From assembly GCA_946965045.2 (NCBI GenBank), contig OX337229.1, positions 3,348,001-3,412,000 of the forward strand: 64,000 bases of DNA, given 5' to 3'. Below the pieces are notes generated by a model, which had not been told where the DNA came from, searched no databases, and saw nothing but the letters and a program-made list of their open reading frames with translations. This document shows, one piece after another, positions 1-13,200 of the stretch; within the stretch, counting starts at the first letter, position 1, and each line of letters begins with the position of its first letter. Made by a program: the position numbers and the translations under genes. This stretch comes from Epithemia pelagica. Its lineage: Eukaryota > Protista > Bacillariophyta.

Positions 1-1038
1 AGTCCTTTCCTCGGTGAGCCATGTTTGGTTAGCCCTTCTTCTTCCTGTGATTCCACATCAATTAGCCCTTCCTCTTCCTGTGATTCCACATCGATTAGCC
101 CTTCTTCTTCCTATGGTTCCACATCGCCGTTGTCGGTAACATCTCAATGGTTGAAGGAATCGAATGCTTTCTTTTCATCGAAAAAGCTCACGGAAGCACT
201 AGAAAACCCACCGTCTGATTGGTCAACATGGCACAAACTCTTGAACAAAGCACTAACATTTGTTCCAGGATTGGCCGATCTTTCAGAAGCCAATCTTGAA
301 CTTTCGGCTTTTCCTAATCTGTCACCAGAGGAAATTCAAGAGAGATGGGACAAGATCCTGTTTCTACTCAAGTGCGCCTACGCCATTCAAGAGCTTTTGC
401 CCCTTCCTGTCTTGTCCGAAGCACCGAACGGTGCCCTCCATGCCGTCTTGGGTCTGGTTCGACCCAAACGAAAGGGTAATTCTTCTGAGGCGGTCTCGAT
501 TTCATTGATTGTACAGCGCCTCATTCATGACCATCCAGTCGAACTCTACCGGCTTCAAGAGTCGACTGGTCGTTTGCCACTTCACGTGGTCTGCGCAGCT
601 CCCTGTAACAAACTGCGACAAAGTCTGGTATGCGCGGTGCTCCATGCCAACCCGGATGCAGTGACTCTTCGAGATGACCAGGGAATCTATCCATTGCATT
701 TGGCCTGCCAAGCCGGGTACCCATTCGAACCAACACTGGAATTACTCTGGGCAACGGCACCCTACGTGTCCGAACTTCCTTGTCCATGTTGCCCCCCACA
801 GCTCTTGGCGCAACATGAAGAAATGAAGTCTCTTTGCTGCAGCAGCAGCAGCTGTAGTAAATCTACGACGACATCGTGCACCCAATGCACCGACGTTGTG
901 AGTTTGGAGGAAAATGACGAGGACGATGGTTCAGATGGGGGCCTCAGCACGTCTTTTGAAACAGTCTACACGGTGCTACAGTCCGACCCGTACATTTTGG
1001 CGTTTGGGCAAGCCCACCGATGTGGCGCAAATTCGTAA
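1..1038 (+). CDS. Ankyrin-repeat-like protein, diatom type (5' end lies upstream of the window)
   Basis: Frame is open from base 1 (AGT CCT TTC ... TTG GTT) with no ATG before the listed ORF start. Ankyrin-like motifs GRLPLHVVCA and GIYPLHLACQAG; Ser-rich N-terminal repeats; Cys-rich C-terminal region. Confidence 0.7.
   Translation, partial: SPFLGEPCLVSPSSSCDSTSISPSSSCDSTSISPSSSYGSTSPLSVTSQWLKESNAFFSSKKLTEALENPPSDWSTWHKLLNKALTFVPGLADLSEANLELSAFPNLSPEEIQERWDKILFLLKCAYAIQELLPLPVLSEAPNGALHAVLGLVRPKRKGNSSEAVSISLIVQRLIHDHPVELYRLQESTGRLPLHVVCAAPCNKLRQSLVCAVLHANPDAVTLRDDQGIYPLHLACQAGYPFEPTLELLWATAPYVSELPCPCCPPQLLAQHEEMKSLCCSSSSCSKSTTTSCTQCTDVVSLEENDEDDGSDGGLSTSFETVYTVLQSDPYILAFGQAHRCGANS
29..126 (+). 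repeat. 33-bp coding tandem repeat x3 (11-aa unit, SISPSSSCDST-like)
   Basis: Units TTAGCCCTTC(T/C)TCTTCCT(G/A)TG(A/G)TTCCACATC start at 29, 62 and 95. Confidence 0.95.
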
Positions 1039-1296
1039 ATAGGGAGACAAACAATACAAAAGCAAGAGTGAAAATTCATTGCTCTTCTATTACGTACATG
1101 AGCAGAGTTTGCGCAGATCCTCGTTTTCTGAAGCGTTTTGTATCTCGTTTCAGTTATGTCACGAATGAATAGGTTCCAACTAGTTTGCACGTATATATAT
1201 CGTGTGGACACGCAAAGGTTGACGGAAGCATTTGAGAGTCACATAGAGAACCCGAGCCTGGAAAAACCACTTGGTTCAGCAAAAGCGTAGGCAGTC

Positions 1297-2718
1297 TTAA
1301 TTGTCCTTCTTTTCTTCACTGACTTCATTGGGTTCTCTTGGTTTCGTCATCATTGCCGTTCCGGCTGCATTGTTGGGAGACGACGACATTGGTGGTTGTG
1401 TTGCAGCAGCAGCATCTTGTGCTTCCCCCTGTTTGTGTTCTGACAAGTCGTGGCATTCATTCTTTCGCAAAAAGGTGCCAAAGATTTGCAAAAAGATCAC
1501 AAACCAGGCCAAGTGAAGGAGAATCAAGAGTCCCAAAAGCACGTAAAAGAAATGCCGATAGTGCACATAAAGCAAGACTGGAAAACCGTCCTCCACAACA
1601 TAGTGCGATTGCGTCAAAATGGACCGGTAAATGATAAAGGGTAGGACATAGAGCCGTGTCATCATCCAAACAACCACCATGGAAAAGAAACAGGCCAAGG
1701 TCGTCCATTTCCATTTCAAGAAGTTGGCCAATTTACTCAAATCTACTGGTACGTCGGACAAATCGTGCACCAAAAAGACCATGGATCCAATCCGTGTGAC
1801 CCGACACAGAGAGGATCCAATCACCAGTAAATTGGTTACAATGTGATGAATCATCATCTCCTGAAAATCTCCGCGAACCGTCGGGCTCCATGCGAGCCGT
1901 ACAGGCATTTGCACTTGGACTTGTCCAGTTTTGGCATTTTCTTGTAAGGGACTTTGGATCTTTACTGTAAATGATATGAGCAACAGGCTGAGCATGGCAT
2001 CGAAATTGTAGGCCCCTTGAAACAGGTAGTACCAGGTCATGCCAGGTTGGACTGGGTGATTGGGAAAGCCTTGGTAGAGAGACATGGTTCCATTGGGACC
2101 GGACCACCATTCGGCGTCCCAAAAGTAATAAATGCCCAAGACCGAAATGGAACTGTGGAACAATAACCGAAAGACGTATTCCCCAAATTTGGCAATGCGC
2201 TCTTCATTGGCGGCTTCCCATTCCACACCGTGCGTACGACGACCCATCTTTCGACCAACCGAGGAGAAGAGAGGCAGCAATATGGACTTGATACAACGAA
2301 GCAGCAAGACCAAGCACAGTAATACTAGCAATGCGGTAGGGGTTGTCAAATCACCCAAGGCTGTCGATGGTGTTTCAAAGGCATACTTGTACATATAATC
2401 CCAGAGCGTCGACGGGTCCTTATCGGTTGATTCGATTGGTTGACCAGACAACTGAAATGACGACAATGACAAGCCTTGATCGTCCAAATATTCATCAAAG
2501 GATGGATAAGTGGGCATGTTTGCCATTAACGAGGGCAACTTGGCAGCCAGGTTGGAATCGTTTGGAATACCCATCGAATCTCGCCATTGTCTGCACTGCA
2601 GTGGAATGCACAAGGTATCTGCCAAGGCCGTAAACCATAAAACGGGGGCAGGAGGGTAACCACTCAAATCGAGTTGTCCATTCATATCAATTGGTGATGA
2701 CGACGATACATCCGTCAT
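1297..2718 (-). CDS. LAG1: Ceramide synthase (TLC domain, LAG1/LAC1 family)
   Basis: 473-aa ORF with several TM segments and a Lag1-type motif (DFQEMMIHHIVT...GSMVFLVHDLSDVPVDLSK). Confidence 0.9.
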   Translation of the reverse strand: MTDVSSSSPIDMNGQLDLSGYPPAPVLWFTALADTLCIPLQCRQWRDSMGIPNDSNLAAKLPSLMANMPTYPSFDEYLDDQGLSLSSFQLSGQPIESTDKDPSTLWDYMYKYAFETPSTALGDLTTPTALLVLLCLVLLLRCIKSILLPLFSSVGRKMGRRTHGVEWEAANEERIAKFGEYVFRLLFHSSISVLGIYYFWDAEWWSGPNGTMSLYQGFPNHPVQPGMTWYYLFQGAYNFDAMLSLLLISFTVKIQSPLQENAKTGQVQVQMPVRLAWSPTVRGDFQEMMIHHIVTNLLVIGSSLCRVTRIGSMVFLVHDLSDVPVDLSKLANFLKWKWTTLACFFSMVVVWMMTRLYVLPFIIYRSILTQSHYVVEDGFPVLLYVHYRHFFYVLLGLLILLHLAWFVIFLQIFGTFLRKNECHDLSEHKQGEAQDAAAATQPPMSSSPNNAAGTAMMTKPREPNEVSEEKKDN

Positions 2719-3452
2719 GATGATGATGATGATGATGAGAGTTTGTTGGTTTGCTTTTCTCGTAGAGTTTTCTTTTGTGGAGATGTGCTTTGGCGTGTGC
2801 GTTACGACGTGGCCAACTTTGGCCGTAATACAAAACTCTGCAGTGACCTTTCACTGCAACTAAAGTGTCGAAACAAAGCGAAGTAAGATTGCACACGTTG
2901 TTCTTGCTTCTTGTACAAGAATCTGTTCCTTTTTCCGTGTTGTGTGTTGTGTGTGCGAGGTGCGAGGTGCGAGAGAGGTTCTCCAAGCTCCAAGTCCCCT
3001 TTGCTTGCGTTCCGCGCCGTCCGATTTGTATTTCGAGCAACGTATTGGTATTGCTACTACCGCAAAGAGTGCGTGTTGACACAATTCGTTGTGTGATGAG
3101 AATCTCTATTCCCGCTTGTAATTCCGGGACATGGACGGCCGCGCGCTCACCAAAAGGTATGCCGGAGATCGGAGATGCGACGGACGCGCATCGATTGGCG
3201 TCACCAACCACACGAAACCTACCTTACCTAGCCTTGCTCCTCGAACGACCATATCATAAAAGTAAAGTCCATGACCTTCTTTTCAATCTAGAAGTAGAAG
3301 CATTCATGCAATACCATGCGTCGATATTTGGCCTGAAATAAGTGGTTCTTCCCTTTGTCTTTCCAACTGGTGCATACGATATTGCATGTGGACAGGCATG
3401 TGCAACACAAAATGATACAATCTACCTAGTAGAAGAAGCACGGACGGCTATC

Positions 3453-4850
3453 TTAACAATGAACGTAATCGGGTCGTTCGAGGAGGGTGAACCATATATA
3501 ATTGGCCTTGTGGGCTTCGTCTTCCCAGGAAATTTGCGACAATTTGGCCAACCATTCAATCCACTTGACTCGAGAGGCAAAGGATCCTGATTCCCCCAAA
3601 AACTGTAACCGGCCATGAATGTTGTTCATGGATCGGACCAAATCAAACGTGGCTTGCCATGAAGCATCATCCACTTTGACCAGTCCCATGCGTTGTTTTT
3701 GAAACAAGACATCAAAGAGTTGATTCCACCCATGAGTGGATACTGCTGGGTTTTTTGTGAGACTCAAGAGATCTCCCGCCTTGCAGTGCTCGTGGGACAT
3801 GGCTTGGGCTAAAACCTGGCAATGGGAGTCGTCCAAACCCACACCATCCAACCCCAAGCGCCACCATTTAGGTTTGTAAGCCAATACTTGGGCGAGACAG
3901 GATGATGTAATGAGAGGGACTGGGGAAGGTGCCGTACAACACAGTCGACATTCGTCCAGTTGCGGCAATTGGGCTACCGTCTCTAAGAGGGGATCCAACA
4001 AACCCTGTTGTATTGTGTCAATGTGAATCCCCAACAAGTTGAGTTGCTTCAAGCGGGATGCACCACTCAAAACTTGAACCAGGGACGCAATCTGATCTGG
4101 TGTGGATATCGACATTTGACGTAATTCCATTTCGGTCAGATGTAGATTATTATTATTTTTGTCTGGTATGTGCAAGGGAGAATGCAATGCCGGCGATTCC
4201 TCGGGCAGCTGGTGTGGTGGCTGCAACAACGACATGTGCAATACGGAAACAAGACCTTCCACATCTATCACATGGGGAGGACAGTCATCGGAACCCAATT
4301 TGAGATAGGTGAGTGTGGCAGCATGTCGAGTCCACAAGGCTTGAAACAAACGTTTTTGGTCTTGTCGTGGAATGCATTGCAAAAAATTTCCTCCCAAAAT
4401 CACATGAGTCAGACCGGCAGCATGAGATTGAATGGCGGCAGACAAGTCGTGAACCAAGGTTTGGGGACGCATGTCCCCCTCGAGCTGTGTGTGGCATTCC
4501 GAATCGGGTACCTTGAATACTTTGGAATTTGTCAAGGCATGAATAAACTCTTGCCATTGCATGTGAGGAATCTCATGTCTCGCATCATGGACCGTGTCAA
4601 TGTCCATGGTAGCTTGTTCTTCAGCGGCCCGACGATTGGCCAGTTGCATTTGTACCATGAACAAGGAACGTTGAGTCGATGCGGCCATTTCTTCTAATTC
4701 GGTTTCACTGATGTCATCCAATTCTGCGTCCTCGTCGTCCTCGTCGTCAAAGTCCTCATCGTCGTCCTCTTCTTCGTCGTCGTAACTATTCAACTCTTCA
4801 TCGGATTCCAGAATTTCGTCTTGGTCGTTGTTGTTGGCGTCCTCATCCAT
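3453..4850 (-). CDS. RNI-like leucine-rich repeat protein with acidic N-terminus, function unknown
   Basis: 465-aa ORF; Asp/Glu tract followed by LxxLxL repeats (LTHVILGGN, LTYLKLG, LKQLNLLGI, WRLGLDGVGLDDSHCQVLA). Confidence 0.7.
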   Translation of the reverse strand: MDEDANNNDQDEILESDEELNSYDDEEEDDDEDFDDEDDEDAELDDISETELEEMAASTQRSLFMVQMQLANRRAAEEQATMDIDTVHDARHEIPHMQWQEFIHALTNSKVFKVPDSECHTQLEGDMRPQTLVHDLSAAIQSHAAGLTHVILGGNFLQCIPRQDQKRLFQALWTRHAATLTYLKLGSDDCPPHVIDVEGLVSVLHMSLLQPPHQLPEESPALHSPLHIPDKNNNNLHLTEMELRQMSISTPDQIASLVQVLSGASRLKQLNLLGIHIDTIQQGLLDPLLETVAQLPQLDECRLCCTAPSPVPLITSSCLAQVLAYKPKWWRLGLDGVGLDDSHCQVLAQAMSHEHCKAGDLLSLTKNPAVSTHGWNQLFDVLFQKQRMGLVKVDDASWQATFDLVRSMNNIHGRLQFLGESGSFASRVKWIEWLAKLSQISWEDEAHKANYIWFTLLERPDYVHC

Positions 4851-5260
4851 GGTTCAGTAGTAACCCACTCCTGCACGTCTCTTGGAATTGTGTGAGGAAA
4901 CAGAATCCATCCATCACCAAAAACCGAGATCATTTCATCCAAGGTTATCGTGGGATCGTACGACTACCTACGATTACCGCAAGAGGTGTCAATTCCAAAT
5001 TCCAAAATCTTTCGTGTCTAAAACGCGACTGAAGTTGCAGTAGGAGCGGGACCACGACCATGTGTCTGCCCCTCGTCCGTCACAGAAGATGAGCCACACA
5101 AAGATACCATCTGCGCTCTGCGATGTATCTTTCTCTCACCGCGGTTTGACTTCGACGGTCTTTGTGTGCATACAAAGAGGGACAGGGAGGGTAGGTCCAC
5201 CTTTGGTTCGATCGACAAGGTAACAACACTACAGCAACAAACGAAGACTATCAATCCGTC

Positions 5261-8200
5261 ATGAGCCGTCTCTTGACTCAGGCAACCACTGTGCGTTGGA
5301 AGCATGTTCATCCTTCGACTTTTGGTTATGGCCGTGCTTCATTCATTCCAACACAAGGCTTTCCACCATGCCTGTTGTTTCGACGAGACACAAAGGTCCA
5401 CCCGCAAACGCATCGATCCCTCTTCCAGGCAGCGTTTTTACGAAAGGATGGACAAGGTGTTTCGGCATGGTCGACTGCCACCAGCCTTTCGCCGCAAACA
5501 ACGACAACAAATGTTGGATCGAGTACCACGTCTCTGCATGGCCACCATGCTTCTAATGACGACAATCTGACCGAGCCAGTTTCTTCGTTGCGACTACTCG
5601 AAGATCCCTTTTATCAGCATGTGCGATGGAGGCGTAAGGATGGTCACCGCTTCTTTATGAAACCACGTCCACCGTCCAAAAAGCAAAAGCGACGATACCA
5701 GCGTCTCAAACGGAAACAAGAACTGGAGGCCCAAAAACATGGTGCACCCGGATCCAAGGCGGGAGAAAAGCGACAAATGCTTCGAGAATCCACCAAAGAG
5801 TTTTTGGAACCCTTGCCTCCCTCCAATTCTTCGCCCGAATCGTTGGAATCCTACAATGCCGGTGATGCCGCTCTCGAATCGCTCGTGGGCAACATGAAAG
5901 AAGGTATCCCCACACCGATTCCCCGATTTTTGGGTCATCGACAGGAAACCCTCTATCAACGAGTTGCTGGGACCATGAAAACGTTTCGGCGAGATATGGA
6001 TGCCCTGGGTGGAGGGAACAATCCCATGACCCACCAAATGCTCAAGCTCAGTGATGGAGGTGCAGAATCATTGGCACAGGGGGACCAAACTCCCAATCTT
6101 GCACAATCACTCGTGTCGGACAGTGCCCTCACGACCGATCCTTCCGAAATTGAACTGCCCAAAGACAAGGATATTGCGCTGGCCGTACGAGCCTTTCGAG
6201 ATCGGTATGGGACACGACAAAGCCCGGTCGGTCTGGCCAAGGCACTCAGTCATGTCTTGCAAGACATGGGAGTTCCCTTGTCATCTTTGGGGGATTACAG
6301 TTACAATGCCCTCATGGCTTGTGCCAAAACACCGAATGAAGCTCGAAAAGTCATGGACTTGATGAAACAACAAGGTCATGCCATTTTGCCTCATTCCTGG
6401 GCCATATTGGTGGATGTTCATGCCAAGGCGGGAGATTATCAAGGCTGTGTAGCGGTTCATGAAGAAATGGCCACACATGGCTTGTCTCCCGTCTTGCCAT
6501 CCTATACGTCTCTCTTGGCAGCCTGTTACAAAGTCTGTGCCAATCCATCTCTGTCCCATGCCGAACGAGCCCAAGCACACAAGGTGGCCTGGGAAAACTG
6601 GAAAGAAATGAATATTATTGGGATTGAACCCGATGCAATGGCATTTGGTGCCTTGCTTCGTATTATTGCTACCAAGGGCATGCCGGAACGGGCCTTGAGT
6701 ATTTTGAACGAAATGCATGTCCGCAAGGTCCGTCCCACCACCTTGTGTTTTACCAGTGCTTTGCGTGCCGTGGCGCGGAGTCATGAAGTTGCCATTCGCT
6801 TTGAACGAGGATCCCGACGAAAACAAATGCGACGAGAACAAATTGCGGCTCATCATGGTAAATTGGCGCAAGAAATTCTTATTTTGGCCGAAAATGCCGA
6901 CGTGGAACATGATGATGGCTTTATCGCGGCGCTCATTTCCTGTGCCGCCGCGGCCGGCGATGTCGCCACCGCCAAGGCTATTTATGTGGCGAGTCAAATT
7001 CGAAGATTGGATCAATTTCGAACCATTGGAGACAATGACCATTTGGCGCGCTTGCGAGGAGAACGTGTGGACGATCCCGTAGACGACGACCATGCGGCAC
7101 CCCATCAACTAGTCGAGGGAGGTGGTGGTGGTAGCAGCAACAGTGGTCTCAGTACGGTTGGTCCTAGTTCCAGAGAAAGGGTGGACGAAAACAGTGTACG
7201 TATTCACAATAATGCTGTCCATGCCTTTGGAGAACGGGAATATGGTAAAGATACCAGAGTGTTGACTGCCATTGCCCGGGCCTGTGCCGGTGCTGCTGGG
7301 AAGAATGGGATTGGAACCATGTGGCAGGGACGAGAAAATGAAGGATTCTTGTGTATCAATTCACTCCGACTACTCAAGACTAGGGGGGTGCCCAACTATA
7401 CCGATACCTCCATTCCTGGTGAATCGCGCGGAGATTACTGGCAAGAAGAAAAAGATACCATTGAAGGTAGAGAACATGAATGGGGCCGGAAACATGGACG
7501 ACCATACAAAGGGCTTATCCCCGAAGATAATCCACAAACAAGTATTTATGATCTTGATGGAGAGATGCGAGACATGATTTTGGATGAGCATGGTGACAAA
7601 AAGCCAGAATTCCGCAATATGAACTTTGAAGATGCTTGGAAACTGAAATATGGGGCCAGTGACCGAATGTTTCTTGAAGTTAAAAGAGCCAAGGGCTTTA
7701 TTCTTGGTGAGGCTGATATGGCCAAACTAGATGCAGGAGGAAACTCTTCTGTGTTACCCCTGTCGGCAGGGTCCCCCGACGAAGCGAATAGTAGTGAGAG
7801 TGACGGAGGGACCTCGAGTGGAATCGGTGAGTTTGCTGTGTCGAGTGGCGTGGGAAATGGCACCCCTGTAGGTGGTGACGAGGAAGGACTTGAATTTAAC
7901 TACACAACCATGACATGGGAAACAAAATCAACCTCATCATTGAAAGACTCGAATACCATGAACAAGAACGTTGAGGTAGAAGAGGAAAGCATGAGTGGAA
8001 CGCAAAGTCAAGGAGTAGAGGAAGATACGGAAACAAAGTACTATGATACTCCCAACACAAGCCACAAATCGACGTCAGTTGTGGCACGTTTGGAAGAGAG
8101 CACCACGACGGCCGTAACTCCAGCAAAAGATCTTGATGACCTGGAGCAGTCAATGTTCGGACGAATCGAGAACACCAAGGGAAAACGACCACTAGGGGGA

Positions 8201-9665
8201 AATTATGAGGTAAGTTTCTCGTGTAGCGAGCACTTTTTCATACGCCATGCAAGCACGTTACCAGAAGTTCGGATCACCTTGCGATGTCAAGATTCCACGG
8301 ACTTTTCTCTGGATCGACGCCTGGCGAGAGTATTGCATCAATAAAGTCTATTGTTTAGTGGTGTTGCCTTTCGTCCGTTGCCATCATGATTAACAACTCA
8401 TATGATGCAAAACTCGCTCACCTTTATCACAACAGAGTACGGAAAAAGATGCCGGCAAGAATCAATCGACAAGGACCGTCAAAAGCTTCGAAGAGTTCTA
8501 TTCGGAGCTCAAACAAGACTTTGCGATTGCAGGGCTTTCAAATGACATTCCCGACGAGGTAGAAGCACGCGCTATGTTTTCAATCCTTCGTCCAGGTTTG
8601 GCTAGTAAAAAGAACACGAATGAGTCGGAAGAAGGCGTAGACACGTCGAGCACAGTGAATGAATCGCGTGCTCGTGATATCCAGTCACCCACGATCAATG
8701 TTGATGGAACTTCCTTAGGTATGACTCAGTCGCAGGGAAGTTTGAGAACACTTGATCTAGAGTTGCCGAATTTGGAAACCGAGCAAGATGGCAGCTCTGG
8801 GGATAACTTGCCCTTGAGCGATCTGCAATCGGGTGAAGTTGATACCATACAGGATGGGCTCTCCAAATCTGGTACTTCGGACATACAACAAGAGACCGAA
8901 GAGGCCGAAATGATTCCTGAAGAGTTAGAAGAGCTACGGGAGATTCTACCCATGTTCTCTGATAAGCGACTAAAACGGATCCTTGCCGTGTTTCATACAT
9001 CCCTTGGTGACCCTTCGATGTTGGACCTGGTCTTAGTCGTACGGGAAAGAATGCCGGACTATATCGACAACGCATGGTTACGAAAAATGAGCAATTTAAC
9101 AGCATCATATCTTATGGCGGAAGCAGAACAGAAGGACCATGTTGACACACATTTCTTGAACTCAATCTTATCCTTGATTGCTTCATGTGGACGAATAAAC
9201 GAGGCTCTACAGTTCCATCAGACTGAATTCAAGAAGCGAAATTTGGAGCCCACAGTACACAGTGATCGATTGGTGTTCGAAATGTTCCTTGCACAGAATA
9301 GGTTCCAGAGAGCAATGGCGTTTAAACAAAAACTTGCAGGTCAGTCTCGAAAGATCGACATCAAGTGCTACGGAACACTGGTCGAGTATTGCGCCAGGCG
9401 ACGACAGAGCGGATCCGCGTTAATGCTAATCAGAGAGTGCATGAAGGTACATGGAACACCTCCGGATGAATCGGGACTACGGTTTCTACGAAAAGTACTC
9501 AATCATCAAGGAATCGACGATGATCCAGAAGTGTTGAGGATGATCGGTCAGGATCCAATGTATTGGGTAAAGCGCAGTGGACAGGAAGCACAACTCACTA
9601 ATCCCAGAAAAGGATACAAGCAACACATGGTCAGACAAATCCGAAATGCCCCGCTTCGTGGCTGA
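5261..9665 (+). CDS. Pentatricopeptide-repeat (PPR) protein, probably mitochondrial; join(5261..8209,8436..9665), ~1392 aa
   Basis: PPR motifs (YSYNALMAC, HSWAILVDVHAK, SYTSLLAACYK, MAFGALLRI, CFTSALRA; second cluster HFLNSILS, KCYGTLVEYCARR). Donor GAG|gtaagt at 8210 and acceptor caacag| at 8435 join both ORFs in phase 0. Basic, Ser-rich N-terminus resembles a mitochondrial presequence. Confidence 0.85.
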
Positions 9666-10268
9666 GTTAATATGTATGTCTTTCGAGTATTGTCTCTGAC
9701 AGATCATACCATGCCTTCCGACTTTCCGCCAACTTACACCACAGCGGACGTATTGACAGTATTGCAGTATCCAGATCGTTTAAACGACAGTTTGTTGCGG
9801 CGGGAAAAGAATGCGTCTGATGTAGTGAATCGCATTTCTGTAAGTATTACAGTCATTAGCGTTTATAAGACTGCTTTACAAAGTTTAGCACTTCGTTCTT
9901 CAGATTCTAGAGAGGAGTCCATCGCTACAGGAAGGGGTAACACGTAGTCCTTGGTCGCCCGTTTACGAAGATACCGCAAAAGTACAACTGCAGTAGTATT
10001 CTCTCACGTTTTGAAACGGCCATCCAAAGTGTTGTCCATGAGTGGTGCAGGGGAGAACAAGAAGAGCAGCCCGGGTGATGCCTATTGCGATATGCATGTC
10101 CACTTATGCCATTTGATTTCGCGTCGCATATGCGTCATTTACATCAATTGTACTCCTCCTCTTACGAGAGGTATAAGAAGGGAGCTCGGATGTAGTGAAA
10201 GAATCATTTTTCAGGTCTGAGTGTGCATGTATTGAGTTTCTCCCTCTATCATTATGTTTCTCCATTCA

Positions 10269-13200
10269 TCAGAAGGTGAGATTTAGAGGTATTCTGATCC
10301 CAATAACACTGCCATCATCATTATCATCGACTTGTTCATAACATTCCTTCAGCTGCAAAAGAACTCTTTGGAATGCTGCCAGGGTTGTGTCCTTTTCGCC
10401 GTCCCGGTTCCGGCTTATGTCGCAACTTTTCCGGTATTCACGTAAGATAGCTTCCGGAAGTCCTCGAATAGTAACGACGATCTCCTTCGAGGAAAGTAAA
10501 CAGTGACACCGATCGAAAACCAGTGATAGAAGATTTAAAACGTTTGTCAAGCCCGTTAGATGTTCTGGAATCAGACGGCCAGCTATGAAAGATGAACTTA
10601 GCCATGCCAAAAGGCCGACCTTGCGGACCAGGTGTGAAAGACCATGCTGCCCGCAACGTTCAACCACTCGAGACACCGCCGACACCAGCATATCAAACTC
10701 TGCTGCGTTTAAGACGGTGGATACTTCCAATCGTGTCAGCAGGAGCTCAAACGCATGGCATCCCATCATCGGACGAAAGCAAGCCTCATTGATGAACCCG
10801 TCGCGAAAAGTTTCAACAGCCCAGTACCGCTCTTTGAACGCAATGTTTTCCGTGGTTGTCGACGAACAAAACAATGGCACGAAGCATGGGAATCTGTGAA
10901 TATCCTGTACAGCGCCGTGATCGATATCAATCCGTAGAAAGTAACGGTTCAGGCTGGGATACAGGTCATCCCGAGGCGAAGACAAAATCAGTGAAGCTTT
11001 TGCAAGGAAAATAGCACAAGGAGGGGGAACCATGACAACGTGACTGGGGACGGGAAACACTTCTTCGAGTGATGTTGAAGATTCCATGGCCTCCCGTAAG
11101 AGGGCCCGCCGAGTTGAATCCAAGATCAATTCAATCTGAGGTCGATCTCGCCACGACGACAATTTTTGCGCGTTTTCACATCGTATCAAAACAGATGCAT
11201 ATGAAAGGACTGCGACAGCTACCCGCCGAACATCTGCACACTCGCAACATAGCGATGCAATAGTCAACGCCAAAACTCCCTTGTCGCAAAGCTTCTGCAA
11301 AAGGCGACATTGATACTCTTCTCTTTTTGTCGGATAGAAACCAGTCACATCACTCTCTGGTGCTGCCTCCAACGCCGAAAGCGCCAACGGTAACAAGAAT
11401 CCAGGTGAATACCGTATATCTTCTTCCTCTGCATCTTCCTTCACAGACGCAACTGGTAAAGCAAGGTTGTCGGATGACACAGGTTCCAATGTGTCTGTAT
11501 ATGGGAATGATTCAAGAGTTGCGTGAACTCTAGACATGTCGATCGAAAACGGGAGCCATTCCCAACTGTCTCTGTTGTCATTTTGGCGTCTTCCATGTGA
11601 CCCCCAACATACATTGCTCATCCGACAAACGTCGTTCTTGCTGTCAGTCTTACTGTAAACGTACAATATTCTCCGAGTCAGACGGTCCGGAAGAGACATG
11701 CTGGCTGTATATCCCGACAAGATCGAGGACCAAACCTCTGGTTCGAACGGGACGATTATTGTAGAAGATAGAGAGGTTAGGAGGATACGAAGTATTGACA
11801 CTTTCAGTGAAGACGACGTATTTTGAGATAAAGTGTCTCTGAAACTTGAATGTGAAGTGATCCATTGGAACACTAATGAGTTATATGATCTTCCCAAAAC
11901 AACAGATATCTGACAACTGGATGGGTCCATAACAGTTAATAAGACCAGACGAAGACATTGCTGTCGGCTGGATTCATCAGGGTACCCTTCATTTTCCTTT
12001 CCCATTGCATATTTCACAGAGCTCCGCACAAGTCGCACCAACGGTGCAACAATTTCCTCTGAAACGATATTGATCTTTCCGTTACTGAGACAGTAGGTCC
12101 AAAGACCGCATAGTGATTCAAGACAGTCTAGTGATAAGGCCGAAATCCGGTCTCTCTTATCCTTGCGCAGACTCTTCTCGGTGGTGGTGCACAGTGTTGA
12201 CAGGACATTCGCACCCAACAGGTCCATGGACTTGGAGTTCAATTGTTTTGTACGGCAAACAATGAATGTTTTCGAGGCTAATTTGATGACTGCCATAGTA
12301 GAACCTGAAGAAGCACGAAGCAAAGAAGACAAAGTTCGCCCAAGTTCTTCCAAGTCGCTTTCTGGGCAAAGAGAAAGAGTCTCTACACTGAAGCAGAGAA
12401 GTGCGTCACACAAGACGCTTTGCGCCAACTTCCAGTGATGGTCGGAGCTCGATGACGCCTTCAAAATTACAAGCGCAGCGTTCTGCTTTTCTTCAGTTGA
12501 TTCTAGACACTTGATCGCAGTTGGCAACGTCTTTGATGAGAAAAGCGCTTCGTCAGTATTTTTCGCGTCTTTCGACATGAGCATGTTCACGACAGCCGAC
12601 GAGTAGCGAACAGAGTCAGCCTCAATCAGAAGTTCGGAAAACAATTTTCGTGAACCCTTCGATTCCGGGGCCCGCATGTGTTCAATTGTCAGAGCTCTAG
12701 CGACAACACTTTCCGACGGAGCTGATTCCATAAGTAGACACAGATCATTTGACATTTTCGATCTGGATTGTAATATCGAGCCGAGAGCATCTTGAATTGA
12801 AGTCAAGACATCTATATTTTCCTTTGTATGAAGACGTTCCCAGGCACGAAATAATGCATCGGCAAGATTGCGTTCTTTCTCTTCGTGTACACCAGGAATG
12901 GCTTGTGCAATAAAGGATTCCAAATGACGGACTATGCATGGGGCGATCATGGGATTGATAGAGGTCAGAGTAGCCATATCTGAAGATAGTATCGATAAAA
13001 GACGTTCCAGCAGCGACCTGTATGAGCAAAATGAGGCGCTCACAAACCATGTCAGCACCTCTTCCAGGAAGCTAGATTCAAAGGAGAGATCGCCATGTTC
13101 AATCTTTTTGTCCTCTTGGCATGAAGAAATGATAAGAAAAAGTGTCAACGAAGACTTCTTCGAAGTCGAAGTCTCGCTAGATGTGTTCATTAAATACCGA

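Noticed and set aside
2687-3341. 174-aa and 158-aa ORFs upstream of the ceramide synthase
   Set aside because: They overlap each other on opposite strands, have non-ATG starts and UTR-like simple repeats, and show no motifs.
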